A stretch of DNA of 64,000 nt from the human T2T-CHM13v2.0 reference genome, Homo sapiens. Made by a program: the position numbers and the translations under genes. Under the pieces are notes generated by a model that was given only the letters and a program-made list of their open reading frames with translations, had not been told where the DNA came from and did not search any database. Position 1 is the stretch's first letter. Each line of letters begins with the position of its first letter. The DNA lies in the NCBI GenBank assembly GCA_009914755.4, contig CP068257.2:40032001-40096000 (forward strand). Direction: 5' to 3'. This document shows, piece after piece, positions 15,180 through 29,671 of this stretch.

Positions 15180-15935
15180 AACAGAAATTTATTTCTCACA
15201 GTTCTGGAGGTTGAAGAATCCAAGATCAAGGTGATGTAGGGCAGACAAGCCCAAAGTGGAGCTTAGCCTGTGAAGACACTTGGTTTTGCCCAGGAAAGAA
15301 TTTAAGGGCAAGGCAGAGGTAGAAGGAAAGTTTCATTGAAGCAGTGGAGTTACAGCTCCAGGACTGCTCCTGCAGAGTGGAGCTAACCCACAGGCAGTGA
15401 GTAGCAGCTCAGGGCAGTTCTGTAGTCATATTGATACCTACTTTTCATTGCATGCAGATTAAGGGTGGGTTATGCAGACATTCCTAGGGAATTTTGGGTC
15501 TTTGGGTCATTGCCATGGAAAGGGGCAGTAACTCCCAGGCGTTGCCATGGCGATGGTCAACTGACATTGCACACTGGTGGGCTGTCTGATGGAAAACTGC
15601 TTCCACCCCAGCCCTGTTTTAGCTAGTCCTCAATTTGATCTGATGTCCAAGCCCCACCTCCAGAGTCAAGCCTCACCTCCTACCTCCCTAGTGCCAGCAG
15701 ATTCCGTGTGTGGTGAGGGCACGCTCTCTGCTTTCAAGATGGCACTTTCTGCCTGCATCTTCACGCAATGGAAGGGATAAGGCAGCCTCTTCCACCTCTT
15801 TTTTAAGGGCACCAATCCCAGGGATGAGGGTGGGGCCCTCCGGATTTAATCTCCCCCAAATCCCCACCTCTTAATCCACAAGGTTAGAGATTAGATTTCA
15901 ACACAGGGATTTTGGAGAGACACAAACATTCAGAC
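15180..15935 (-). mobile_element. ERVL-MaLR LTR (MLT1A-like), interrupted by about 450 bp of unrelated sequence (15236-15690)
   Basis: tttatttctcacagttctggaggttgaagaatccaagatcaaggtg ... ggttagagattagatttcaacacagggattttggagagacacaaacattcagaccatagca = revcomp of the MLT1-type LTR ends. Confidence 0.55.
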
Positions 15936-18326
15936 CATAGCATGTGCCTAAATTATAGGGGAAAGGGAGAAGGAGACAGGTTTCTAAGGAAGAACAAAGT
16001 TGCTTTAGGAAAGACACATGGGCTTTTAGCAGGACAAATGGGAGATGAGAAAGTGAAGGATAGAGTTTGTTTATGCAGATGTGAGTGTTCATCATGGTCA
16101 CAAAACTCCCCTGGAGAAGGAATTCATAGCAGGTTTATTCTGGATCTCTCTCCTGGGAGGAGAAGCCACCTCAAAGAGGGAATTAGGGCACTTCTCACCT
16201 CTTAGAAGTTTCTTTTAGTGAGATGAGAGAAGTTCTAAGAAGGTTTCTTTCTGCATCTATTAAATCTTTCTTACATGACTTCAGCTTAAAAGAATCTTCA
16301 TACCGACTCTGGGGTTCCCAGGGGTTCCCCACCCTGTTTCCCTGGATCCAAAGCCCTGGAGACTCCCCTTCAGGGATGGTCTTCTGGGTCCTGCTCCAGG
16401 TGTCAGCCAGGCAGTGCTGCGATTTGACCAGACACCCAGAGGTCAGGCCAGGAAGGAGAGGGAGGCAGGTGCTGAGGAAGCCAAGATTTGTCCCACAAGA
16501 CACCGCTATACCAGACCCCTTTCTACCTTTAAGCAGAAGAGAGGGTGAGGGTGAACGGGGGAATCTATCTTTGAACAAGGGGCAGGGGACCACTTTTGCA
16601 AGCCCAGAGAATTAGGTGGAATCTGGCGTTTAAAGACTTCAGATGCACCTGCCCAAGTATTTCCCCCCCAAGGCTTGGGGTCCCCTCCCCGTGTCTCAGA
16701 CCCTTGACTTCAGCCCCAAGACAGCCTGTTTTCCTCTTTGAAGGTGTAGCTGCCCACTTCTAGCCTTTACAACCACTATTCCCATGACCTTCCAGCCACT
16801 GTGCCTCCCTCCACTGCCACCTACCCACTCACCCAGCTGAGGGGAAGCTCCCTGGACACTGGGGCTGAGAATCTTCTCATCCCAGGTGCTGGGACCCTCA
16901 GGGCCACCCAACTGGCAGGGATCCCACCTGGACAGGGTCTCATCTGCAGAGTCTGCTTCCTGGGACCCCTTCCCTAGACCCACAGCCTGAGAGACGGATT
17001 CTCATGGCCAGTCTATTGAAAAGATGAGTGGCAATGGGAGGGGGCCTTGAGCAAGCCGGGGGCTGTGGGGAAGGAAAGAGCCGAGACAGCCTCTGCGTGT
17101 GGTCACACCACTGCGTTGCCCCTCGCTGAGGAAAGGGGCTGTGGCTGTACCCCACATCAGGCAGTGAGGCCCTGGTTGTAGGCTGGGAGTAAGTGGTCAC
17201 TTCTGGAGGCTGCCATTAGGCCCAGAACACTGCTCCAGGTACAGGGATCCGGGTGGGGCCACCTCGGCACGCACCTGCCCTCATGTGGGCAGCCCTGATT
17301 CCTGGGACAGGGCTGAGGTTCAGCTTTACGGCAGTTGGAGGAGCTGCCCCCCTCTGCCCCCACTCCCCACCAGCTATTGCAAAGCTGAACGCCTACAGGG
17401 CCAGGCAGGAAGTACAGAGTGCGCCAGCCCCCGGGGACTCTGTGAACTGCAGTGTGAGCAACTCCCCTACACTGGGAAGGCTTGGCCCAGGGCACTGGAC
17501 TGGTCAGATCCGGCTGACTCACAGGTCACCAGTCTGCAACCTTTGCCAAACACTCTCACTCCATCCCGCTACCCGGAGCCAGTTGGCATCACCTTGGCCA
17601 TGCCAACATTCCAGGGTAGAAGTTAGCATTTCCAAACCCAGTTCATCGGCAGAATTGCTTGAGACACTTTCTTTAGACTGTCTGGATTTTCTTCTCTTTT
17701 TTTTTCTGGAATTTTTTAAATTTCAGAAGTAACGCATAGTTGATTTCAGAAGGTCAAGCGTGAAGGAAGAAGCAGCTACGGGAACATTTTGCAGCTGAAA
17801 GCCTGTCCCCCACAACCTCTGTAGGGCAGCTGCAGATGCCTCACACAAGTCAGTCCATTCCGAAGCAGGACTTTTGGGATGCGGCCGTGCTCTTGGATGG
17901 TCCACTCAGTGCTCTCTCTCACCCTCTCCAGGATGTGCTGAGAAATGGTAGCCTTGGGAGACACCCACTGTGAGGACCTGTGGCTCTAGAGCCAGGTGCT
18001 CTGAAGGAAAACAGCAGAAAGGGATGCAAGAGTGGCACGGGCTGGGTGGGCACGGCCGTCCCTTTGGGGCTGCCTCTTTAGGAGGTGGGAGAGGGCTGAG
18101 GCCAGCGGGGAGAAGGAGTCAGCTTCACCCACGGTGCTGGGAAGGGCAGAGGGAACAGCACGGTGCAGCCAGGCAGGGATCCCCAACGTCACTGTCAGGT
18201 GTGAGCCCCAAGGTGCCCAATGTCACACTGCTGGGAACTGAGCCTCCACAGGCCCTTCTCTAAACCTGCATCCTTCTCTGTTGCACTGGAGATCCAGGAG
18301 ATGAAGATAATTAGTATTATTAGTGG

Positions 18327-18489
<163 letters not shown>

Positions 18490-18589
18490 TAGCACCTGAC
18501 ATGTTGGTGCTCACCTCAAATTCTCAACATCCTTATCACGTGGAGACACTGAAGTCACTAAAACATCCCTTGGGGGTGCTTGCCAGGGA

Positions 18590-18762
18590 CTCGGGGGACG
18601 GAGGAAAGGGGGGTTGCTTTACATGGACACAAAGTTGCAGTTTTGCAAGATGAAAAAGTTCTGGAGGTTGTTTGCACACCAGTGTGAATATACTTAGCAC
18701 TACGGAATTGTGCATCTATGATTGGTTAACATAGTACATTTTATTTATGTATATTTACCAAA
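18590..18762 (+). mobile_element. L1 3'UTR terminal fragment
   Basis: gcagttttgcaagatgaaaaagttctggagg...acaccagtgtgaatatacttagcactacggaattgtgcatc...catagtacattttatttatgtatatttacc. Confidence 0.6.

Positions 18763-18810
<48 letters not shown>
18763..18810. repeat. (GT)24 microsatellite (at L1 tail)
   Basis: gtgtgtgtgt... x24. Confidence 0.95.
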
Positions 18811-19055
<245 letters not shown>

Positions 19056-20213
19056 TTTTTAGTTTCTTGGAGAAGTGGGCTGGGGCCTCCTGATCCCATC
19101 TCAGTACCATACTCCATTCCATTCACATCATGAGGATGGATCATATGATGAGGATCCCATCAGATCCTCCTGATCTCAATACCATACTCCATTCCAGCCA
19201 CATCAGTCTAACCCATAAAACAAGGGAGGAGATGGCAGCTCAAATAAGCCAACAAGCCTGAGCTTTTGCACCATCCCCGCAAGGAGGAATGCCATCGTCC
19301 CTTAGGATGCAAAGTTTCTGGGCTCCTACAAAAGCCTCTGTCCCCAGAGGACTCTCTTGGCTTCCCGCCCTTGTGGAGGGTCCCGGGCATCACCCCAGGA
19401 CCTCTGTCAAGAGCCAGGGCTCCCAGGCTCATGGTGGTCCAGTGGCCCCCTGCAGTTGTGGCTGGGACACTCTGCTGCGTGATGCAGCTGGCGTTCGGTG
19501 TTTGTAGCAATGGGGTCAGCCTTGCATGGTCCCTAACCTCCCCTGGGGACTTACAAAGTCTCTGGTCCCACATGGCATCTGAGATCTGCTTCCTAACTGA
19601 GGCAGCTTCAATTTAGCTTCCAGGTTCAGTGGCCCTGCCGTGGGACAGGGGCTCACCTACAACAGTGGGTGGAGCAATCTGCAGCAGGATAGAAGGAGGA
19701 GAAAAAACTAGAAGCTGAGAATGAATGGACCCCAATGCAGCAAAATGCTACTGGTAATTGCATTAACATAGATAATAGCCTGTAGTCATTCATTCACTCC
19801 TTTTTTCTTTCTCTCATTCCACAAATATTTATGGGGCTCCTCCCTATGCACAGCACTGTGTTATGCACTGCAGACTTGAAGGTCCATGCATCTGTGATGT
19901 CTACTTCCCTGAAGCTGGCATCCTCCAGGTGGAGACGGACAACACACCAGTACCCAAAATGATGGCAGGTTCTGTGCCGTCAAGAGAGTCAACATGGTGA
20001 GGACGTCGGGTGCAGCTGCTGGGGACGGGGCATGGCAGCCCATCTTTGGGTCCGGTAGTCAGGAAGGCCTCTCGGAAGAGGTGATATTGGATCTGAGATC
20101 CGGAGGGTGAGAGTGATCTTTGGAGGGGCCGCCCATGCTCAGGAAAGAGCAGAGACAATGATCATGTCATCTAGTATTTCAGCCCCTGTTCATCTAGCTT
20201 GGCTAACAAATCA

Positions 20214-20575
20214 CCTTGTGATATATGGTTTGGCTGTGGCCCCACCCAAATCTCATCTTCACTTGTAGCTCCCATAATTCCCACATGTTGTGGGAGGGAC
20301 CTGGTGGGAGATAATTGAGTCATGGGGTTTTCCCCCACACGGTTCTTATGGTAGGGTCTCATGAGATATGATAGTTTTATAAGAGGAAGCCCCTTTCACT
20401 TGGCTCTCTTTCTCTCTCTTCGCTGTCACCATGTAAGACCTGCCTTCACCTTCTGCCAAGACTGTGAGGCCTCCCCAGCCACATGGAACTGTGAGTCCAT
20501 TAAGCCTCTTTTTCTCTATAAATTACCCAGTCTCAGGTGTGTCTTTATCAGCAGCATGAGAACAGACTAACACAC
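20214..20575 (+). mobile_element. Solo ERVL-MaLR LTR (MST/THE1-like)
   Basis: tgatatatggtttggctgtggccccacccaaatctcatcttcacttgtagctcccataattcccacatgttgtgggagggacc...ccatgtaagacctgcc...gagaacagactaacaca. Confidence 0.7.
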
Positions 20576-20646
20576 CTTGCCAGTGTTTATCCTTAGAGGT
20601 GCATTCCTTTGCACCAGTAACGGAACCATTGATATTTAGAGGATCA

Positions 20647-20950
<304 letters not shown>

Positions 20951-23460
20951 AAGATGCAATTGTAATGAGCTCTGTGTAGTCTATGAGCCCCCAAACACTC
21001 ACGTTTGCCAGGTGTGTGTGTCACCACAAGATGGGGCACAGGGGCTGCCCTGGCAGGAGGGTCACTTGGAGAAGGAGTAAGCCCTGTGGAGGATCCAGTG
21101 TTCATCCACCCTGGGGCTAGGCATGAGAGGGTCCTCCAGGAGAGGCTGCACACAGAGGAGGAAAACCTGCAGGGCTGACTTGAAGCCGGGACACTTAAGG
21201 AGAAGCCCCAGTGTTCACACTGTAAAACCAGCCAGGACACTGGCAGGAACACTGTCTGGGTGTTCGGGAACTTCGCATTTCCAGCCAGCATGTGAAGGCG
21301 CGTTCTTCCACTTTAAGGTCCGCTGCAGAAGTGGCAAAGCCATGTGCCTTGAGCTCTGCTCACAGGAAAGAACACGACAAAGCTAAGGGGACTTCACAAG
21401 GGCTGTGTCAAAAGAGGTTCACTTCCCTTCTGTCAGACGCGGGGCAAAGGTCGGGAAAGTGTGCTGCTGTGACTCACTGCATGTCTGTAGCTGATGCCCA
21501 AGCCCTCTTGTTTGTTTCAATGTCTTCATGCAGAGATTGACTTTTTAAAATCAAAGGGACCAACATGTCTTCTCTGAAATCCGCAGGGCCAAGGTGGGTA
21601 TAATTGCTTACGGGGGAACCTGACAGTGCCCCTCAGCAGTTCTGATTCTAAAAACTGTCACACGCTGGGGGTGTCACCCGCAGAGGGAGGGGGTTCTTGT
21701 TTATCCAGCAAGCGTGTGAGTACGGGCTTAAATCGTGACGACCACCTCTCCAGCAGCTTGACAGTCCCCCACTGGCAAACTCCTTGAATTTTCTGGAGGT
21801 CAGGTAAGTCTATAAAATATCACAGAAACAGCAGGTGCTAAATCAGAGGAGGTGACAAGAGGCCGGAAGGGTTTCTGGCTCTTTAACTCCCTTCCAGCAA
21901 AAGGGTCTTGCGATCCCTCCACCAACTTCAAGATATGAAGATAACTCCTCAGAAGGAAGCCCCTGGGTCCGGTCGTGGAGGCCCAGTGTGCTGAAGCTGT
22001 GTAGTAAGCCACTCAGACGGGAGATTTCCAACGCCAGGTTCAGCTGCGGCTCAGACGACCCATGTCTAACCCGACCGGGTGCTGTCAGCCCCTCCCAGCC
22101 CAATCTGCTCCTTCTCCTTCCTGGATCCACCCTGGAGCTCCGTTGTTTGATTGTTTTTGGCAGGGGACAGCCAAACAGCTCTGTGAATGAGGCATATCCT
22201 GAACATTTTCAGTTTTGTGGGCCATGCTGCGCTCTGTCACGCGCCTCTGCTGTTGTCGTGGGAAAGCAGTCCTCAACAATGTGTCAATGAACCGTGGGGC
22301 TGGCTTTCAACCCAATGCTATGTTCAGAAAGGGGCAGCGCCCGGACCCAGGCTTACAGGATTAAACTGACTCATCTGGGGCCGGCATGGAATGTGAGAGG
22401 GAACTTGCCTCACCCACGGGCCCCCATCTCCCCATGAGCAGACATGCTGGGACAGAGGGGGGGCTTCATGCTGTGGCTTCCAGGAGCCCCTGCAGGCTCA
22501 GACAGGGCTGGGGGAGCCCAGCGGATCATGTGGGGCCGCCTTCGGTCTATCAGCATCTTCGCAGCTTCCTCTAAAGAAGGCAGAGCTGTTCTGCTAAAGG
22601 CAGGCAAACAGTGCAAAAGCTGCCGGCCTCGATGCTCTTTCGGTCCGCAGATGGCTTCTGTGACTGCACCTAAGCAGTGGCTGCTTGGACAGGGTCCTCA
22701 GACAGCCTTTGTGATTTTGCACATAAGCAGCGGCTGCTTGGATGGAGCGCTGTCGCTGGGCTGACCGATGTCGCTGGCGGGAGCCCTTGCCCCAGGTTTT
22801 CCCTGTCTTCTGAGTGACAGCCCCCAGGGTCCTTGTCAGCCTTCTGGGGAGGCTCCCTCCCTGCTCTGCCTTAGTTCCGGAGCACAGGGAACCACCAGGT
22901 TGCATGGCCCCTTCCAGGCTGGTATGTGGGCAGCCTAGCAGCACCTGCTTCAGGTCCCTGTTGGAACTTGGCACACAGTGGGTGGGTGGCGGGGGGAGGT
23001 TTACAGGTTACCATGGGGTCCTGGGTGTCCTGGCAGCAGGCCTGCCCCACCCATGAGTGGACCCCAGCTCCCTCTGGGGTCGAGAAGCCCGTGTCCTCAC
23101 AGCACAGCCCCTCTGACAGTCAAGGAAGAGGTCTCGTGAGCCGGGTCGTGTGTTTACAAACAGCACTGGCATCTTGTGGAGCAGTCACTAGCCTGGCTTA
23201 CTTCCCGGGCAGGAGGGCTGATTGTGAGGCCCAGTGGTCCCAGTGGTTGGCCTGGGGTTTGCTGGCTGGTGTTCACAGCTCCAGCTGGAGTAGCTCAACC
23301 TCTGCAGAAGATGGGAGAAGGGTGGCACTGGGATCCTCTGTGTCCACTGGGGAGGGCTGCCCAGGAGACCTTGGGTGGCGTCAGGTCATCACTGCCCTTC
23401 CATCCAGGGCACAAAGCTGCCTGGAGACTGAGCACCGCCTGAGGCTGGCACGAGGGCTGG

Positions 23461-23612
23461 CCTCACACACGTGACACTCCTCACACATGGCACCCCTCAC
23501 ACACGGCACTCCTCACACACACGGCACTCCTCCTCACACACATGGCACTCCCCATGCATGTGACACTCCTCTCCTCCTCACACACACATGGCACTCCTCA
23601 TGCACATGGCAG
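23461..23612. repeat. 15-18-bp minisatellite (about 9 units, cacaca(c)rtggcactcct)
   Basis: cctcacacacgtgacactcc / tcacacatggcacccc / tcacacacggcactcc / tcacacacacggcactcc ... Confidence 0.85.
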
Positions 23613-26600
23613 TCCCGACCCCACCAGAAAGGCATCGAGACTCCATCTTACCCTCAGGGAAACTGGCACTCAGTGAGGCCCAGGGCCAGGCTGCACTGCA
23701 GCTGAGGGCTGGAGATCTACACACCCGAAGGCTTTGCTTTCCTCCTCGCGCTCCATGGCCTCCAGTTGGGGCACCCATGGACCACCTTGCTCCCAAGCCA
23801 ACCTGATGTGGGGAAGCAGCAATGGAGAAAAGAGAATAGACTGGCAACAGGAAGACTTCCCCAAAGGACCCGGAGGGGCCTCTCTGGGAGAAGCACCCTT
23901 CCCTTCCGGGGCTGTATCTGAAGGGGAAGTGCTCTCTTAGCTGCACCCTCCACCATCCCCTGTGGGCCGCAGGGAGGTGGGGCTCCTGCCTGGGCTGCTT
24001 CCCCCAAGGGAAAGCATCTGATAAGGTCATAACAGCCCCTTCTCCAGCCTCTCCTGGGGAGCTCCAAGGATGACCTCACCTCTGCACTACCTATGAGTCA
24101 AGGAAACGGGCACAGCCTCTCATTCTAGAAGAGGGAAGAGGCAGAAAGGGGAAGCACATGGGTTAATGGCGGGACCCAGGCCTTCGAGACCTCCCCAGGC
24201 ACAGCTGACCCCATCCTGGTTTTGATGACTGATTGACAAGCATTCATTCATTCAACATGCTTTGCTTGGGGACAGACACCAGATTCATCAGATGGGACTG
24301 GGGGTGGATTTGGGGTGGGGCCAGCTCACGGAGAGCCTTGGTTTCCAGGGCATTTGGATGCTTTTCTGTAAAGAGGGGCACTCCGTGAACATGTGTGACC
24401 AGAGCTGGGCCTGGGCAAAGGCATGAGTTTTAGCCCTGGGGGTACAGGAGAGCCAGCTGGAGGGGAGGGGGCAGCCCCCACCAGAAGCAGCCTGGGGTTC
24501 GGGAGGAGATGTGTTGTTATAAAGTAGGACTTCCTGAACCTTTTGTACCACAGATGCTGCTCAGAGTGTTTCAAAATAGCATGTAGGATTCCAGAGGAAA
24601 CTAATGATGTTAAAACACATTTGCCAGACTTCAAAAAACAAAGTTAGATATGATAGTATCTGAGCTCTCTATGAGCACATTTCATTGCAAGACTGGGCAT
24701 GGGATCTAGTGACCATCACACTTTTACCACCATGATGAGTGAAAACATCACTTCTAGACAGCAGCAACACCTGAGATGCAATATGAACCTTTCTGTGACT
24801 TCAGCTGGGAACAAAGTCACTTGCTAGCCAGGAACGCCATTGCAAGTGGTTTACTTTCAAAATAGAAGGAAATTCTAAACTTCACTTAAAGGTTGGTAAA
24901 AATGAGATGCAATTTTTTTCTCCTGATTTTTTTCTCAAGGGAAGATGCTCTGTAGAAAACTTTGAGAAGGTCAGGGGCATGAGAAGCCCTGAGATCAGCC
25001 AGAAGCTGATGCCTGAGTATCGGGGTACAGGGGGAGCCACGAGGGTGGGACCCACAGCATTGGCATGGAAGTGAGGAGGCTCCTGAGACCAGTTAGTTCT
25101 CCCCGGACTGTCCCAGTGAGGAACCCAGGACCCAGGTGACCAAATGATCAGTGGGCATCAGAAGTAGGATGGAGACTGGCCCTGGCTCACAGGGCCATAC
25201 TTACCCGAGAGAGACCCTGGGGGCAGACCCCTGGGCGAAACTTCCCAGGACAGCCAGACGTGGAGCAGCCAGCAGGTGCTTCCAGAAGAAATGAACATTC
25301 CAAGCCAAGGCACCTCCCGCCAACACCACCCCCCAAGGCGCTAAGGATGCCCAGAGCCACTCCATCTTGGGGGCGCTGTCATTTGGTTTCAGAAAACCAC
25401 ATTCTGTAGTGGGTGCCAGGGTGTCCTCAAGACTTCTGGGCTCTGGCACTCGTCATCTGGACTCCTTTTCAAAGGAAAATGCCCCAGGCGAGGTGGGGCT
25501 AGCATCTGCCCCTCACCCTGCGGCCAGCTGGGCGGCCCCACCCAGCCTGGCTCTAAGACCTGTGCCCCCACCCCTGGAGCCTCTGTCCTGTTTCACAGAA
25601 TCCTCACAGCCACCCAACACTGCCCATGCCTACAGCACTGCATGCCCCCAACATAGCACCCCTTGCCCTACACCCACACACAGGTAGAATGTGGGGTCTT
25701 CAGGGTGTTGGAGGAAGGGAGGGGAGACTTGCAGAGGTGGGGGATCTGAGCCCCCATGCAAATATTCCCTACCCCCTGACCTCCCCCAACCTTTTACCCC
25801 TTCTGTGATCCCCAGACTGCAGGCGGCAGGATCCTCCACCCCAGCCCCCACCCCCACTGGCTTGCCTGAGCTGGGCGGCCCCGCGGTCTAAGCATTAGAG
25901 CGACCTACCTGTCTCATCTTGCCGGAAAACTGGGGATAATAACGCTTACCTCACAAGGAAGGTGTGGGGATTAATGACTTAATGCTGCTTAGCGCCCCTG
26001 TGGGTCTGCTGAGCCAGCCAAGGAGGGCCGGCTGCCCTGGGACCGGAGCCCAGCACTTGGGACTTCCGGGGCCCTGTAGGAGCCGGGGTCCTGGCGAGCA
26101 CTCCCCAGGCCTCACCCCCGGCCCAACCAATCCATGGCCACTGAGTTTTCCAGCCCTGAGAGTTCGGTCAGTGCTGGCTCTGACTTTGGGGATTTTCTGA
26201 GGAATGTTTCATTCAGCCCCATCTAGAACATCCCTGGCGTTGGAGCAGCAGAATGCTAAGATGGGCTGGCTCAGTCTGGGAGCCATGAGCAGAGGGAGGA
26301 GGAGGCCTGCGGTGCTTCCACGCGGGGCCTGAGATGCTTGGAGCTCAGAGCAGGTGAGAGTCCAGATCCCCAACGTGGTGAGATTCTGGGGTCCAAGCTC
26401 AGCACCCCCTCCCATGGAACATCCTGCTGCATCTCAGCCACACATCTAGAGGGCAGGCGGCAGGAGGAAGCCCCTTCAGGATGACACAGCCCCCCATGGG
26501 GCCTCTGGCTTGTCTTCTATGGAAGAGTTGCTCCCCTGACCTGAGAGCCAGAAAATTACACTCGAGCAGCCGGCTCGGGGACCTCCGGGACCCTGGTGAC

Positions 26601-27990
26601 CGCAGCAGGCCCAGCACCAGCATTCATCAGCTACTCCCAGGTGTTTGTCAGGTCAAAGGAGAACAAAGCTCCCACGAAAGAAAATCAGGTCTCCTAGACA
26701 CACCCCACCCACCACCAGAGCATCTCTCCCCTCACCCTGCCCTTCCCATCGTGACCTGCAGGGTGGCCAGGGTCCCCCACCAGAACGCAGCTCATCCCTC
26801 AATGATCATCCACACACTAGGGGCTTAAACTATAGAAATGTATTTGCTCACAACTCTGCAGGCTGGAGGTCGATCCCAGGGGCTGCAGGGCTGGTTCCTG
26901 AGGCCTCCCTCCCTGGCTTATCAATGGCATCTTCTCCCTCTGTGTTCTCACCTCCTCTTTTTATAAGAACATACGTCTGTGTTCTCACCTCCTCTTTTTA
27001 TAAGGACACCAGTCTGATTGTATCAGGGCCACCCTCATGACCTGGTTTTACCTTAGTCACCTCTGTAAAGACCCCATCTCCAAATACAGCCCCATTCCAA
27101 GGCCCTGGGGGTTGGAGCTCCCACACATGGACTTGGGGATTGATTCAGCCCACAGCAATCCCCAGCAGAGCCCTACACATCCTTCAAGGAGAGCAGGAAG
27201 TCCGCTTCCTCCATGGGGAGAGGCGCCCCTGCAGCCTCAGCAACGTCCGTTTAGACCTGCTGGGCATGAAAACGGTGGGGCTGGGTGCTGGGTGTCTAGG
27301 GAGGAATCAGGCAGCACACCCGCCCTTGAGGCCTCCATTCATCCCGGGCTATCTGTTAGCACACACTCCAGGTGCTGGACCACAGCGGTGAAGGACCTGC
27401 GGCCTCCACAGCAAGCTCTCCCGGATTGGCCTGCGACTCCGGGAGCACTGGGTCGCGTCCTACAGTTCTCAGAATCTCCCAGCCAGGGCCTGCGTGCGGG
27501 GCGTGCCCGGCTGGTTCTGTTGACCGAGGGTCAGCACGCAGGTGGGCAGGTGGCTTCCCAGCACCAAGAAGAGGTGAGTCCAGCAGGTCATCTGCCAGGT
27601 TACTGCAGCAACAGGAGGTGGAGGGGGACAGGGAAGGAGGCGAGGGAGGCGGCCGGTCCTCCATCTCTGCCGTCCACCCACCATGCCCTGGTAGGATCAC
27701 AACATGGCCAGCGTGAGCCGGCCACCCTTCTGAGTGAGCATGTGTCCCGTGAGCCTGAGAAAGAGCCCCAGAGTCTCCCAGGCAGAGGCATGGGGTGCAT
27801 AGGGATATGGGGTGGGCCAGTTTGCTCCTCAGACCAGAAGGGGTGCAGGATTCCCCCCGATCAGGATCTTGGAGAAAGGTGTGGACAGAGGAAGGGAGGG
27901 AGGGAGAAATGGCAGCTGCCCTGCAGTGGGTCCAGAAAACCCCCAGGCTGGGCTACATTCTGCCTTGGGAGGTGGAAGTCAGATTTGGGT

Positions 27991-28027
27991 GTTTTTTTTC
28001 TTTATTTGCCTTTCTTTCCTTTCCTTT

Positions 28028-28096
<69 letters not shown>

Positions 28097-28158
28097 TTTC
28101 TTTCTTTCTTTCTCTTCTTCTTTCTTTTTTTTCTTTCTTCTTTCTTTCTTTTTTTTTA
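27991..28158. repeat. (TTTC)n polypyrimidine microsatellite, about 170 bp
   Basis: ctttctttctttctttc... nearly uninterrupted; the track's 379-aa ORF 27037-28176 reads FFLSFFLS through it. Confidence 0.95.
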
Positions 28159-29671
28159 AATGAAGCCAAAGATTGAAATTGACCTTCAAATGAGAGCAGG
28201 CAGTTCCCAGAAGGTCCAGTTTCTTTTAAGTAATTTTGTTTTGGTGAAAAGAAACCAGCACTTATTACATACTGTCTTAGGAGGTGGGGTACCCACAGCT
28301 GTGCCCTAAGTCAGTGGCAGCTACCCAGAGACTCTGAAGATGGAGGCTTGGAGTAAAGCTCTGTCCTGACAGAGGATGGGCATTCTGTCTGTCTCCTTCT
28401 CAAGACCGTCTTTCCTTTGGGGGTGGAAAGTTATCAAATCAATCCTCCCCAAGCCAGGGTAGGTAATGAGACAGCAGGCAAAACTGCCTGGGGCACCCAG
28501 GCCTGGAACTGTGAGCAGAGAGATTTTTGTGTTCCCAGAGAAGCAGCAGCAAGGCTGAGACAGAACTCCAGCTCAGGTAGGAGGGAGCCTGCACCTGCAG
28601 GTGGTGCCAGCCGTGTCTCGGGCACAGACCCCTTCCTTCTGCTGGGAGGGCCCTCAACATCTGAGGGTCTTACAGTCAGGTGCCTGCTGTGGAGGTGAGC
28701 GTTCTGGAGTAATGAAGGCTTGCATTTATAGAGAACTCTCAGTTCTCATGCCAGATCCTGTGGGGGTTTGGAGAGGAGGCAGGGAAGGGTTAGTTGGCTA
28801 TTAGCATTGAGGAAACTGAGTCACAGCCAGGTTAAAAGACTTCCCTGGGGCATGAAAGGATTACAGCTAGAGAATGGAGCTCAGATTTCCGGGCAGTGCG
28901 TCCTGTCCCGTGCACTGGTCCATGGCATGGCTGAAACACTTACAGAGGCTTCCAAAGGGCAGGGACAGTTTGGCACAAGGAGGACGGTAGTGGAAGCCAC
29001 AGAGCACCCGAGAAACCACTGCTGGGGCAGGAAAGGGAACCCCATTTCCTGAGTCCCGCCCAGGGAGCTGCTGGGGGCCGGCTCACTAACCCAGGAGTGA
29101 GGTCATGCCGGCAGCATCACGGTTCTTATCTTTTCTCTCTGATCCAGGACCTGGCCTGTGGGTCCTTCTGAGAGGCTGCCCTCAAGAGCAGGTATGAGAG
29201 TGAGTGAGTGCACAGCCTGAATCCGGCTCAATGAAGACAAAGATGATGGTGAGAAAAGTGTCCATGAGCCCTTGGAGAAAACCCTCTCCAGCAAGAGGGA
29301 CACCTTAGCCACCTGTGGCCTGGCCCGGATCACCTGAGCAGGCCACTGCCAGAGGCCGCGCGGGAGAGGACACGGCTGGCCTGGGCCCCACAGCCCTGCT
29401 GGGCGGCAGAGCTCCGGGTCACGGGCCTCACCAAGGTGGACAGAGACCGTCTTCCAGCAGACAGACCTGGTCCAGATGACCCGAGCAACTGGGTGCTAGT
29501 GCAAGCGTTACAGGAGGGAATGGGGGTGCGGAGCCCTGTGCGCCAGAAACCTTACAGAACCAGCTCCCGGGGGCCTGCGGATTCACCCCAAAGCCAATGA
29601 GGCCCTCCTGACCCAAGGGGAAATGGAGAAACTGAGGCAGGACGGAGCTGACTCCAACCACCCCCTACTTC

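Noticed and set aside
21801-21809. Perfect splice-donor consensus cag|gtaagt
   Set aside because: It is an isolated 9-mer. About 0.5 occurrences are expected by chance on the two strands of 64 kb, and there is no supporting upstream ORF or acceptor.
27037-28176. Longest ORF in the track (379 aa, + strand)
   Set aside because: Its C-terminal third is the (TTTC)n tract translated as FFLSFFLS and the rest is GC-rich low-complexity (P/G/S/R-rich). It has no recognisable domain and does not look like a real protein.
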